Assembly: GCA_036229005.1 (NCBI GenBank)
Contig: JAZAMN010000043.1
Location: forward strand, 32,001-96,000
DNA length: 64,000 nucleotides
Origin: Myxococcota bacterium
GTDB taxonomy: Bacteria; Myxococcota_A; UBA796; CAJQPC01
Reading direction: 5' to 3'
The translations under genes were made by a program, and so were the position numbers. Shown piece by piece: positions 1 to 8,864 of the stretch; the first letter of the stretch is position 1; each line of letters begins with the position of its first letter. The notes beneath the pieces were generated by a model, which did not search any database, was not told where the DNA came from, and saw nothing but the letters and a program-made list of their open reading frames with translations.

Positions 1-242
1 AGCTCCGCCGCGGTGTAGAGCCGGCCCAGCCCAGCCGGTGCCGAGAGCAGCTCGTCGATGCGCACCTGCAGGGCCCCCGCCAGTGCACCGAGCACCACCA
101 GCGTGGGGTTCCCCGAGCCGGTCTCCAGGTTGGCCAGAGTGGACCGGGGCAGTCCCGCGCGCTGGGCAAGGCGGGCCTGGGTGAGCCCCGCGCGCTTGCG
201 CAGAGTCTGCAGGTTCGCGGCCAGGTTCGAGGACAGCTCCAT
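1..242 (-). CDS. XRE-family HTH transcriptional regulator (3' end outside window)
   Basis: Manual translation MELSSNLAANLQTLRKRAGLTQARLAQRAGLPRSTLANLETGSGNPTL is a typical HTH_3 pattern; divergent from the VOC gene; absent from the ORF track because it is truncated. Confidence 0.85.
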   Translation of the reverse strand, partial: MELSSNLAANLQTLRKRAGLTQARLAQRAGLPRSTLANLETGSGNPTLVVLGALAGALQVRIDELLSAPAGLGRLYTAAE

Positions 243-260
243 GTCCCCACAATAGCCGGA

Positions 261-298
261 TGTCCAATCAAAGGACAGAAGTGTCGGCGATAGCAACA
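261..298. promoter_or_regulatory. Candidate XRE operator pair
   Basis: Perfect TGTCC-N7-GGACA palindrome at 261-277 and degenerate TGTCG-N7-CAACA at 282-298, 21 bp apart, between the divergent regulator and VOC gene. Confidence 0.55.
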
Positions 299-338
299 CT
301 CCGCGCAAGATTCAGAGGGCACCCAACAGGAGCCAACC

Positions 339-764
339 ATGATCTCCCAGCTCGACCACCTGAACCTCAGCATCTCCAACTTTGACGAGACGGTCTCGTG
401 GTACCGCCGCATCCTGGGGTTCACCCCCGTGGAATCCGGGGTCCAGTCGGGACAGCGCTGGTGCATCCTGCGCGCCGGCGAGGCCATGCTCTGCCTCTAC
501 GACGCCCCCGACACCGTGGGCCGCAGCGGCGGCTTCAACCACCTTGCCCTGCGCATCCGGGACCGCGCCGCGCTCGAGCGCTCCCTGCGCGAGCACCAGG
601 TCCCCATCAACCACGGGGGCCTCTGGCGCCATCCCCACAGCGACGCGTACTACCTGGTCGACCCCGCCGGGAACCACCTGGAGCTGGTGCTCTGGGACCA
701 GGACCAGGTGAGCTTCGCGGACCGGCCGGACGGGCTGGCGCTCAGCTCGGGTTCGCGTCGATGA
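339..764 (+). CDS. VOC/glyoxalase family protein
   Basis: LDHLNL..., FNHLAL..., DPAGNHLEL motifs; AGGAG RBS. Confidence 0.9.
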   Translation: MISQLDHLNLSISNFDETVSWYRRILGFTPVESGVQSGQRWCILRAGEAMLCLYDAPDTVGRSGGFNHLALRIRDRAALERSLREHQVPINHGGLWRHPHSDAYYLVDPAGNHLELVLWDQDQVSFADRPDGLALSSGSRR

Positions 765-1068
765 ACTGCGCGCAGTCGCCGGTGATGGCGGCGTCGCAGA
801 TGCCGTCTCCCGTTTCGCCTGTGGGGTAGTCGCAGGTGTCGAAGTCCAGGCTGCCCTGGCTCACCCGGCACTGGGGGGTGTCGAACCCGGTGCTGCAGAT
901 GAGCGCGACTTCGCCCTGGCAGTTGCCCTCGCAGGTGGTCTCGTTGGAGCCGTAGGACCAGTTGTCTGGGTTCTTGCACCCCAGGAGCTCCTGGGGGGCG
1001 GTGTCGTCCCCAGAGGGCTCGGTCTGGTCCTTGTCGCAGGCCCCCAGAGTCAACAACAGCAGCAACAT
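742..1068 (-). CDS. Small Cys-rich lipoprotein
   Basis: LGAC lipobox, 8 further Cys, GGAGGAGG RBS upstream. Confidence 0.65.
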   Translation of the reverse strand: MLLLLLTLGACDKDQTEPSGDDTAPQELLGCKNPDNWSYGSNETTCEGNCQGEVALICSTGFDTPQCRVSQGSLDFDTCDYPTGETGDGICDAAITGDCAQFIDANPS

Positions 1069-1133
1069 CCGCCCTCCTCCTGTGCGTCAGCGCGCTGAGT
1101 CTATGGGAGGCAAAGCCCAGGGGCAACCTGCGC

Positions 1134-3464
1134 TCAGTCCAGGTAGCCCGCCGCCCGCAGCATCTCCTCCAGCTCCTCGGGCACCTCGCCGAGCGCGCTC
1201 CCGGGGGGCAGCAGGGTCCAGGCGGGCTCCACCCAGAGCTTGCTGCCCGGCTGCCCCAATCCCCGCAGCGGCGCGTCCTCCGAGAAGGTCCCGCTGCGCG
1301 TGTCGCTGCCCTTGCGCAGGCTCAGCTCCCCGGGCGCGAGCGCCGGGAGGGTCTGCACGTACCACTCGCGGGGGTAGCGCGCGCCCGAGGTGGCCAGGTG
1401 GATCTCCGCGCCCTGCACCTCGGGGGCGCCGCTGCGTCCGCCGATGGGGTCGTAGGCCGACCAGGCCTGCAGCTCCGTGCCCTCCCCGAACACCAGGCGG
1501 CTGTCCAGCGGGGCGCCCATGCGCTTGTTGTCGCTGGGCTTGCCGTGCACCCACCAGACCTGGGCGAGCTCGCGGTCAAAAGCAGCCGCAAAATCCGACT
1601 TCCAGGCATCGTTCACCTGGGCGTGCAGGACCTGGTCAGGGTCGCCAGGGAGGGGGTAGTGCCAGGCGGAGCCGTCGTGCAGCACCCGCTTGCTCTCGGC
1701 GTCCAGCACCCCCCAGGCGTCGCGGCCGTAGAGCGTGTAGCCGACGCCCACCACCCGCTCGCTGGGGGGCGCCAGCAGGTCTTGGCCCAGCATGTCCTCG
1801 CTGGTGGGGAGGTTCAGCAGGGTGCTCAGGGTGGGCGCCAGGTCCAAGAGGTTGGCCGCGCGGTGGTCCACGCCAGGGTCCACGCCGGGCCCCTTCAGGA
1901 TCAGCGGGACCCGCAGCAGCTCGTCGTGGAGGCTGTGGCCGTGCTCGACGCCGCCGTGCTCCCAGAACTCCTCGCCGTGGTCGGAGAAGACGGCCACCCA
2001 GCTCCGCTCGGGATCCAGCGCGTCCAGCACCTGGCCCAGCTCCTTGTCCACCCAGCGGATGTTCTGGTCGTAGCGGGCCTTGAGGTAGGCCTGGACCTCC
2101 GGGTCGGCGGCGGCGCGGGGCGAGAGCTTGCGCAGAGGGTCGCGGCCCAGGGGCACACCGTCCAGCTCGGGGGGCAGCTCGGGCTCCCAGAGGCCGCGCA
2201 CCTGGGGGGGCTCCTGGTAGGGCAGATGCGGGTCCATGAAGTGCACCAGCACGGCCAGATCGCGGTCGGGCCAGCGGCGGATGAGCTCGCGGGCGCGGTC
2301 GGACTGGGGGTCGGCGCCCGGCAGGAAGTCCAGCTCGTAGCCGGAGAAGCCCTCGCCGATCCCGAACGCGGGGGAGAGGAATGCGTTGCCCACCGCGGCG
2401 TGGGTGACGAACCCGGCCTGCCGCAGCCAGGGGCCCAGGTGCTGGGTGTTGTCCCAGTGCTCCGGCATGCGGCCGGAGAGCGCGGCACGGGCGGAGGGCA
2501 GCGTCCAGGGCGCCACCGAGCGGGCCTGGGTGTAGACGCGGGCGTCCTGGGACCACGCGCTCAGGTAGGGCGTGGTGTCGCGCGCGTAGCCGTAGACGCC
2601 CATGTGGTCGGGGCGCAGGGTGTCGATGAACGCCAGCACCACCCGGCGCGGCTTGCGGGAGGGCGTGTAGACCGCGGGCTCGCGGATCAGCAGCAGGTCG
2701 GCTTCTGGGTCGCCCTGGGGGTCGGAGAGGAAGTGGAGGGTGACGGACTCCCCGGCCCACCGCCTGAGCTTGATGCGCTCCACCCGCAACGGCTCTCCAG
2801 GGACGACCGCCAGCGAGGTGACCCGGGTGCGATCCCCGCCCGCCTCGACCTCGATGTGCAGGGTCGCGCCGTCGGAGCGCGCGTCGCCCCGGGGGGGCGC
2901 CAGCAGGCCCAGCTCCAGGCCCAGGATGCCCCGCTTGGGGACGCGCACCTGTACCGAGGCGCTGGCGGGGGCGGGCAGCAGCAGGCCGCGGTGCTGGAGG
3001 TCGCCGTCGGGCACCGCGTCGGTCATGTACGCGAAGGGGGAGAGCCCGGAGCTCTCCAGGTTCAGGCGCTGCTCGGAGGCGCTGCCCAGGCGGTCCAGCA
3101 GGGTGGTGCGCTCCGGGGTGACCTCGTCGGCGAGGCAGAGGATGAGCTGGCCCTTGTGCACCCGCCAGGTGTCGGGTTGGGGTTGGGCACTCCAGGTCAC
3201 CAACCGGCCTGCTCGCTTGAGCTTGATCCCCTTGGGCGCCCGACCGGAGGAGAAGTCCACGTGCAGCCGCGCGGGGTGGGGGCGGATCCACTCCTGGCAG
3301 TCGGCGTGGCGGGTGCCGGTCTGCCAATCGGCGATCGGCAGCTCGCCGGGCAGAGCGGCCATGCTGCGGGCGGGGAGATCCACCGTCCAGGCGGCCTCGG
3401 GGAGGGTCGCCAGGTTCACCGCGGGCTCGGTGGGGACGGCGCAGGCGAGCAGCAGGGGGAGCAT
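1134..3464 (-). CDS. Sulfatase-like (alkaline phosphatase superfamily) lipoprotein
   Basis: IDTLRPDH, APWTLPS (Thr at nucleophile position), MDPHLPY, SDHGEEF..H..GH, C-terminal LRAAGYLD; LLAC lipobox. Confidence 0.9.
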   Translation of the reverse strand: MLPLLLACAVPTEPAVNLATLPEAAWTVDLPARSMAALPGELPIADWQTGTRHADCQEWIRPHPARLHVDFSSGRAPKGIKLKRAGRLVTWSAQPQPDTWRVHKGQLILCLADEVTPERTTLLDRLGSASEQRLNLESSGLSPFAYMTDAVPDGDLQHRGLLLPAPASASVQVRVPKRGILGLELGLLAPPRGDARSDGATLHIEVEAGGDRTRVTSLAVVPGEPLRVERIKLRRWAGESVTLHFLSDPQGDPEADLLLIREPAVYTPSRKPRRVVLAFIDTLRPDHMGVYGYARDTTPYLSAWSQDARVYTQARSVAPWTLPSARAALSGRMPEHWDNTQHLGPWLRQAGFVTHAAVGNAFLSPAFGIGEGFSGYELDFLPGADPQSDRARELIRRWPDRDLAVLVHFMDPHLPYQEPPQVRGLWEPELPPELDGVPLGRDPLRKLSPRAAADPEVQAYLKARYDQNIRWVDKELGQVLDALDPERSWVAVFSDHGEEFWEHGGVEHGHSLHDELLRVPLILKGPGVDPGVDHRAANLLDLAPTLSTLLNLPTSEDMLGQDLLAPPSERVVGVGYTLYGRDAWGVLDAESKRVLHDGSAWHYPLPGDPDQVLHAQVNDAWKSDFAAAFDRELAQVWWVHGKPSDNKRMGAPLDSRLVFGEGTELQAWSAYDPIGGRSGAPEVQGAEIHLATSGARYPREWYVQTLPALAPGELSLRKGSDTRSGTFSEDAPLRGLGQPGSKLWVEPAWTLLPPGSALGEVPEELEEMLRAAGYLD

Positions 3465-3514
3465 TGGGCGGCTTTAGCGGCCCTGAGGGGCGGGCAGCAA
3501 GTTAGGACGGCGGC

Positions 3515-4513
3515 ATGAAGGGCTTGTTGCTGTTGAATCTGGGCACCCCCGATGCCCCCGAGACCCCCGCCGTCCGGCGCTACCTGCGCGAGTTCCTGAT
3601 GGACGGGCGGGTGCTGGACATCAACCCCGTGGGGCGCTGGCTGCTGGTCAACGGCATCATCGCGCCCTTCCGCTCCCCCAAGAGCGCGGCCGCCTACAAG
3701 ACGGTGTGGATGCCCGAGGGCAGCCCGCTGCTGGTGTATGGCGAGGCCCTCAAGGAGGGCGTGCAGGCGGCGCTGGGCCAGGGCTGGAAGGTCGCGCTGG
3801 GCATGCGCTACGGCCGCCCCGGGACCCTCGCGGCGCTGCAGGAGCTGGCCGGGTGCGAGGAGATCGTGGTCCTGCCGCTCTACCCGCAGTTCGCGAGCTC
3901 CAGCAGCTCGTCGAGCCTGGAGCACGTCATGAAGCTGGCGGCCGAGATGCCGGTGCCGCCGCCGCTGCGGGTGGTGCAGGACTTCTACGCGCAGCCCTTC
4001 TTCATCCAGGCCCAGGCCGAGCTGGCGCGGGAGGCCGTCCAGGGCGCCGATCACGTGCTGTTCAGCTACCACGGCGTGCCTGAGCGCCAGGTGCAGTACA
4101 CCGACCCCACCGGCAGCCACTGCAAGTTCAATGGCTGCTGCGACGCCATCGGCCCGAACAATCGGCACTGCTACCGGGCCCAGTGCTTTGCCACCACGCG
4201 TGCGCTGATCGCGGCGTTGGACCTGGATCCTGAGCGCTGCTCCACCTCCTTCCAGTCGCGCCTGGGCCGCATCCCCTGGATCCGCCCCTACACCGACGAG
4301 GTGCTGGTCGAGCTGGGCCAGCAGGGCATCGGGACCCTGGCCGTGCTCACGCCCAGCTTCGTCTCCGACTGCCTTGAGACCATCGAGGAGATCGGCGATC
4401 GCGGCGTCGAGGAGTTCACCGGCGCCGGCGGGACCGAGCTGCGGCGGGTGCCCTGCGTGAACGCCACGGAGCCCTTTGTGCAGGGGCTGTCGGAGTTCGT
4501 GCGCGGGCTCTGA
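3515..4513 (+). CDS. hemH: Ferrochelatase
   Basis: LLNLGTP, YLREFL, GMRYG, LPLYPQ, SYHGVP, FQSRLG, DCLETIEEI. Confidence 0.97.
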   Translation: MKGLLLLNLGTPDAPETPAVRRYLREFLMDGRVLDINPVGRWLLVNGIIAPFRSPKSAAAYKTVWMPEGSPLLVYGEALKEGVQAALGQGWKVALGMRYGRPGTLAALQELAGCEEIVVLPLYPQFASSSSSSSLEHVMKLAAEMPVPPPLRVVQDFYAQPFFIQAQAELAREAVQGADHVLFSYHGVPERQVQYTDPTGSHCKFNGCCDAIGPNNRHCYRAQCFATTRALIAALDLDPERCSTSFQSRLGRIPWIRPYTDEVLVELGQQGIGTLAVLTPSFVSDCLETIEEIGDRGVEEFTGAGGTELRRVPCVNATEPFVQGLSEFVRGL

Positions 4514-4609
4514 GGGCTCGGGGGGCACGCAAAGAGCGCGTCAAGCGGGGATTGCGCGGAACCGGGGGGCCCCGGGGTGGTCCCAACCGAGCACCCACAG
4601 GAGTGCCCG

Positions 4610-5125
4610 ATGCCGCGCCGAGCTGCCGTTGAAGAGCGGAACCTGGACCTGGTCCCCATCATGAACCTGGTCTCCATCCTGATCCCCTTCCTGCTCCTGG
4701 GGGTCAGCTACGTGGAGTACGCGGTCGTGGAGACGGAGCTGCCGGCGATCTGTGGGGTGGGGTGCGGGGACACGCAGGTGCCCGAGAAACCCGACCTCAA
4801 CATCTTCCTCCATGTGCAGTCGGACGGGGTGCTGATCAAGGGCGCCGACGAGGTGCTCGGGACCGAGCGCGAAGGCGGTGGCGTCTTTGTGCCCTGCACG
4901 ACGGAGCGCTGCGTGGTCGACGACAGCTACGACTACCAGGAGATCACGCGCCTGCTCACCCTGGTCAAGGAGGACTACCCGCACATCGAGGACCTGGTGC
5001 TGGTCCCGGAGAACCGGGTGCCCTACAAGAGCATGATCGGCGTGATGGACGCCGCCCGCGACAACCCCGAGAACGGCGGCATGCGGCTCTTCCCCTACCA
5101 GACCGTGGCCGGCGGCTCCAAGTAG
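4610..5125 (+). CDS. ExbD/TolR family protein
   Basis: NLDLVPIMNLVSILIPFLL transmembrane segment; C-terminal VPYKSMIGVMDAAR; ATG after AGGAG. Confidence 0.8.
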   Translation: MPRRAAVEERNLDLVPIMNLVSILIPFLLLGVSYVEYAVVETELPAICGVGCGDTQVPEKPDLNIFLHVQSDGVLIKGADEVLGTEREGGGVFVPCTTERCVVDDSYDYQEITRLLTLVKEDYPHIEDLVLVPENRVPYKSMIGVMDAARDNPENGGMRLFPYQTVAGGSK

Positions 5126-5211
5126 CGGGGATCCGGGGGACGCGCCCGCTGGGATGCTGTGTGCCACCGAGCGCGCCTTGTGCGCCGGGAGGCCGTGGCT
5201 AAGGCCTGCAG

Positions 5212-6582
5212 ATGAACAAGCAGGACCTCACCCGCGGTCCGATCCCCGCTCACCTGCTGCGGCTGGTGGGGCCCATGGGCTTCGGCATCTTCGCCATCAT
5301 GGCCTTCAACCTGGTGGACACCTGGTTCGTCTCCAAGCTGGGCACCCAGGGGCTGGCGGCGATGACGCTCACCTTCCCGGTGGTCATGGTGGTGGGCTCG
5401 GTGTCCATGGGCCTGGGCGTCGGGGCCACCAGCGTGTTGAGTCGGGCGATTGGAGCGGGCCTGCGGGAGGAGGTACAGCGGCTCACAACACACACCCTGC
5501 TCCTGGGGGTGGCCCTGGTCACGGCCGTCAGCATCGCAGGGTGGATCCTGGTGGAGCCCATGCTCGCGGCGCTCGGTGGCGAAGGCGAGGTGCTGTCGCT
5601 CGCGGCTGGCTACCTGCGCATCTGGTTCGCCGGCGCGGGGGCCATCGTCGTCCCGATGCTGGGCATGTCGGCGATCCGCGCCGCCGGGGACACGCGCACC
5701 CCGGCCGTGGTGATGACGGCGGCCGGGGTGGCCAACGGGGTGCTGGACCCGCTGTTCATCTTTGGCTGGGGACCCATCCCCGCCATGGGGCTGGAGGGCG
5801 CGGCCATCGCGACCCTGGCCTCCCGGGCGATCACTCTGGTGGTGGCCCTCTGGGTGCTGCACTACCGCGAGCACCTGCTGCGCTTCTCCTGGCAGGAGCT
5901 GCGCTTGATCCCGGACTCCTGGGGCCGCGTCCTCAAGATCGGCGGCCCGGCGGCCTTCACCAACCTGGCCCAGCCGCTGACCATCGGCTTCCTGACGGGG
6001 CTCGCAGCGGGCTTCGGGGAGCCCGCCGTCGCGGCCTTCGGCGCGGGCGGCCGCGTGGAGATGTTCGCGCTGATCCCCGCCATGGCGGTGGGCATCGGGC
6101 TGGCGCCCTTCGTGGGGCAGAACCACGGCGCCGGCCACCACGGGCGCGTGGCCCAGGCGATGACCCTGAGCGTGGGGGCCACGGTGGGCCTGGGCCTGCT
6201 CTCCTTCGCGACGCTGGCGCTGTTCCGACACCCACTCGCGGCCGGCTTCTCGGACGACCCGCAGGTGCTGCCGCTGTTGGTTCGCTACCTGTGGATCCTG
6301 CCCATCTCGCACGTGCTGGTGGGCGCCTTCTTTGTGGCCAGCAACACCCTGAACGCCATGGGCAGGCCGCTGCCAGCGACCGCGCTCACGCTGCTGCGCA
6401 CCCCCGTGCTGCTGGGCGGCGGTGCGTGGCTGGGGGCGACCTTTGGCGGGGGACTGACCGGCTTCTTCTGGGGGACCTGCCTGGGCCTGCTGGCCAGCGG
6501 TCTGCTTGGGCTCGGGGCCGCGCTGATCCTGCGCCGGGAGCTGGGGGCGGAGCACGCCGCACCGCGCCCTGAGACCGCCTGA
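5212..6582 (+). CDS. MATE family efflux transporter
   Basis: DLTRGPI start, NLVDTWFV, RAAGDTRTP, LDPLFIFG, GQNHGAG; about 12 TM segments. Confidence 0.95.
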   Translation: MNKQDLTRGPIPAHLLRLVGPMGFGIFAIMAFNLVDTWFVSKLGTQGLAAMTLTFPVVMVVGSVSMGLGVGATSVLSRAIGAGLREEVQRLTTHTLLLGVALVTAVSIAGWILVEPMLAALGGEGEVLSLAAGYLRIWFAGAGAIVVPMLGMSAIRAAGDTRTPAVVMTAAGVANGVLDPLFIFGWGPIPAMGLEGAAIATLASRAITLVVALWVLHYREHLLRFSWQELRLIPDSWGRVLKIGGPAAFTNLAQPLTIGFLTGLAAGFGEPAVAAFGAGGRVEMFALIPAMAVGIGLAPFVGQNHGAGHHGRVAQAMTLSVGATVGLGLLSFATLALFRHPLAAGFSDDPQVLPLLVRYLWILPISHVLVGAFFVASNTLNAMGRPLPATALTLLRTPVLLGGGAWLGATFGGGLTGFFWGTCLGLLASGLLGLGAALILRRELGAEHAAPRPETA

Positions 6583-6622
6583 GCCGCCGGCTCCGGAGCG
6601 GAGCTGGGGACGCGCCCTGGGC

Positions 6623-7540
6623 TCAGACCCAGTCGCGCGGCTCGCGCAGCGTCTGCATCAGCCTGTCCTCGTCGGAGCCAGGGGTGGGCGAGAAGTCCGT
6701 ACGGAAGCGGGCGTTGAGCGGTAGGGACATCAGCACCGACTCCACCCGGGCCCCTGTCCTCAACCCGAAGGTGGTGCCGCGATCCCACACCAGGTTGAAC
6801 TCGACGTAGCGCCCGCGCCGCTGGAGCTGCCAGTCGCGCTGGTCGTCGGTGAAGGGGGTGTCCTTGCGGCGCTCCAGGATGGGAAGGTAGCTCGGGTTGA
6901 ACGCCGACATGCAGCGATCCGCCAGAGAGAAGAGCTGCTGGGCTTCGCGGTCCCGGAGGTCGTCGTAGAAGATGCCGCCGATGCCGCGCGACTCGCCCCG
7001 GTGACGCAGGAAGAAGTAGTCGTCGCAGCGCTTCTTGAAGTCCGGGTAGAACGCCGGGTCCACGCCGTCGCAGGCCTCCTTGAGGTGGCCGTGGAAGTGC
7101 CGCGCGTCGTCCTCGTACAGGTAGCTGGGGGTCAGGTCCGCGCCGCCGCCGAACCACCAGGCCACGGGGGCGCCCTCCGGCCCGAGCTCGAAGTAGCGGT
7201 AGTTGGCGTGGACCGTGGGCGCGTGGGGGTTCCAGGGGTGGAGCACCAGGGAGACGCCGGTGGCGAAGAAGCGCCGCTCGTCGGAGTCGATGCCCTTGCC
7301 GCGCATGCTGGCGACCGCGGCCTCGGGGAGCACGCCGTGCACGGCGGAGGTGTTGACGCCGGCCTTCTCCAGGACCCGGCCGCCCTCCATGACCCGGGTG
7401 CGCCCGCCGCCGCCGCCCGGACGCTCCCAGTGGGTCTCCACGAAGCGGGTGCCGTCGAGGGCCTCCAGGGCCCCGGTGATCTCGTCCTGGGCCGCCTTGA
7501 CCCGCTCGTGCATCTGCGTGCGCATGATCCCGCTCACCAT
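6623..7540 (-). CDS. hemF: Oxygen-dependent coproporphyrinogen III oxidase
   Basis: GGGGRTRV, EKAGVN, HPWNPHAPTVHANYRYF, WWFGGGADLTP, RRGRYVEFNL. Confidence 0.97.
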   Translation of the reverse strand: MVSGIMRTQMHERVKAAQDEITGALEALDGTRFVETHWERPGGGGGRTRVMEGGRVLEKAGVNTSAVHGVLPEAAVASMRGKGIDSDERRFFATGVSLVLHPWNPHAPTVHANYRYFELGPEGAPVAWWFGGGADLTPSYLYEDDARHFHGHLKEACDGVDPAFYPDFKKRCDDYFFLRHRGESRGIGGIFYDDLRDREAQQLFSLADRCMSAFNPSYLPILERRKDTPFTDDQRDWQLQRRGRYVEFNLVWDRGTTFGLRTGARVESVLMSLPLNARFRTDFSPTPGSDEDRLMQTLREPRDWV

Positions 7541-7620
7541 CCTTTGCCTGATTGTCCCTTAAGCCGCTTCGCGGGGGGGCGCGCAGTGGGCTATCAGGCG
7601 CGCGCACCCGGAGGCTCCCG

Positions 7621-8547
7621 ATGTCCGAGTTCAGCATCCCCGTCATTGACATGGCCCTGTTCGCCGATCCCGCCACCCGCCAGGGCTTCGTGGAGGACCT
7701 GGGCGCGGCCCTGTCCGAGGTCGGCTTCGTGGCCGTCTTGAACCACGGCATCGACAAGGACCTGCTGGCCAACAGCTACGAGAGCGCGGCCGAGGTGTTC
7801 GCGCTCCCCGACAGCGTCAAGCGCCAGTACGAGACCCCCGAGAACGGCCGCCAGCGCGGCTACACCAGCTTTGGCGTGGAGCACGCCAAGGACGTCGCGG
7901 CGCCCGACCTCAAGGAGTTCTGGCACGTGGGGCGCACCCTCGCCGCCGACCACCCCCTCCACGTGGCCGGCGATGTGCCCGCGAACCTCTTCCCCGCCGA
8001 GGTCCCCGCCTTCGGGGCCAACCTCACCGAGCTGTTCTCCCAGATGGAGGACTTCGCCAACCGGCTCCTGGTCGCGTTCGGTGACTACCTGGGGCTGCCC
8101 GCGGACTACTTCACCAAGCTGATCACCGACGGGAACTCCCTGGTCCGCATCATCAACTACCCCCCCGTCCCCGAGGGCTCCCTCCAGGGGATGGTGCGGG
8201 CGGCCGCGCACGAGGACATCAACCTCATCACCGTGCTGCCCTACGCCTCCAACCCCGGGCTGCAGATCCTCACCCGCGACGGCCAGTGGCTGGACGTGAC
8301 CACGCCCCCCGACGTGATGATCTGCGACACCGGCGACATGATGGCGCTGCTCACCAACGGCCAGGTCCCCTCCTGCACCCACCGCGTGGTGAACCCCGAC
8401 GGCGACGACGGCGGCCGCATGTCCATGCCCTTCTTCCTGCACCCCCACCCGGACAAGGTGCTGACCCCCTTCCGCGAGGGAGACGCAAAGCCGGTCAAGG
8501 CCCGCGACTTCCTGCACAAGCGGCTCAAGGAGATCGGCGTCGCGTGA
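7621..8547 (+). CDS. 2OG-Fe(II) oxygenase, isopenicillin N synthase family
   Basis: GFVAVLNHG, RAAAHEDINLIT (HxD), HRVVNP, RMSMPFF (RxS); ATG after GGAGG. Confidence 0.93.
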   Translation: MSEFSIPVIDMALFADPATRQGFVEDLGAALSEVGFVAVLNHGIDKDLLANSYESAAEVFALPDSVKRQYETPENGRQRGYTSFGVEHAKDVAAPDLKEFWHVGRTLAADHPLHVAGDVPANLFPAEVPAFGANLTELFSQMEDFANRLLVAFGDYLGLPADYFTKLITDGNSLVRIINYPPVPEGSLQGMVRAAAHEDINLITVLPYASNPGLQILTRDGQWLDVTTPPDVMICDTGDMMALLTNGQVPSCTHRVVNPDGDDGGRMSMPFFLHPHPDKVLTPFREGDAKPVKARDFLHKRLKEIGVA

Positions 8548-8556
8548 GGGGGGTCT

Positions 8557-8861
8557 GGGGGGCATCCACCCCTGAACGCCGCTTATCGGGGGGCATCCGC
8601 CCCTGAACGCCGCTTGGCGGGGGGCATCCGCCCCTGAACGCCGCTTGTCGGGGGGCATCCCGCTCTGAACGCCCGTTTTGGCGGCGGATCCGGCCGGATT
8701 GGGGGAGCCTTGGACCTGTACCCATCCTGGGCTGACAGGATTCCAGGCACTTGGCGCGCAGGCCTCCGAAGGGCGCGGGCATTCACCCCCGGATGCCCCC
8801 GCCCGGCGTGCGTTCGCCCCCGGATGCCCCCGCCCGGCGTGCGTTCACCCCCGGATGCCCC
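8557..8861. repeat. Inverted 31-bp-period repeat element, family A (4 units + ~105-bp core + 3 inverted units)
   Basis: GGCATCC at 8561, 8592, 8623, 8654, each followed by TGAACGC; reverse-complement GGATGCC at 8791, 8822, 8853, preceded by GCRTTCR. Confidence 0.9.
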
Positions 8862-8864
8862 GGT

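Noticed and set aside
1134..3464. Sulfatase plus FGE maturation pair (with 41598..42395)
   Set aside because: The sulfatase-like protein has Thr rather than a C/S-x-P-x-R motif, the genes are 38 kb apart, and the FGE-fold protein is an exported lipoprotein
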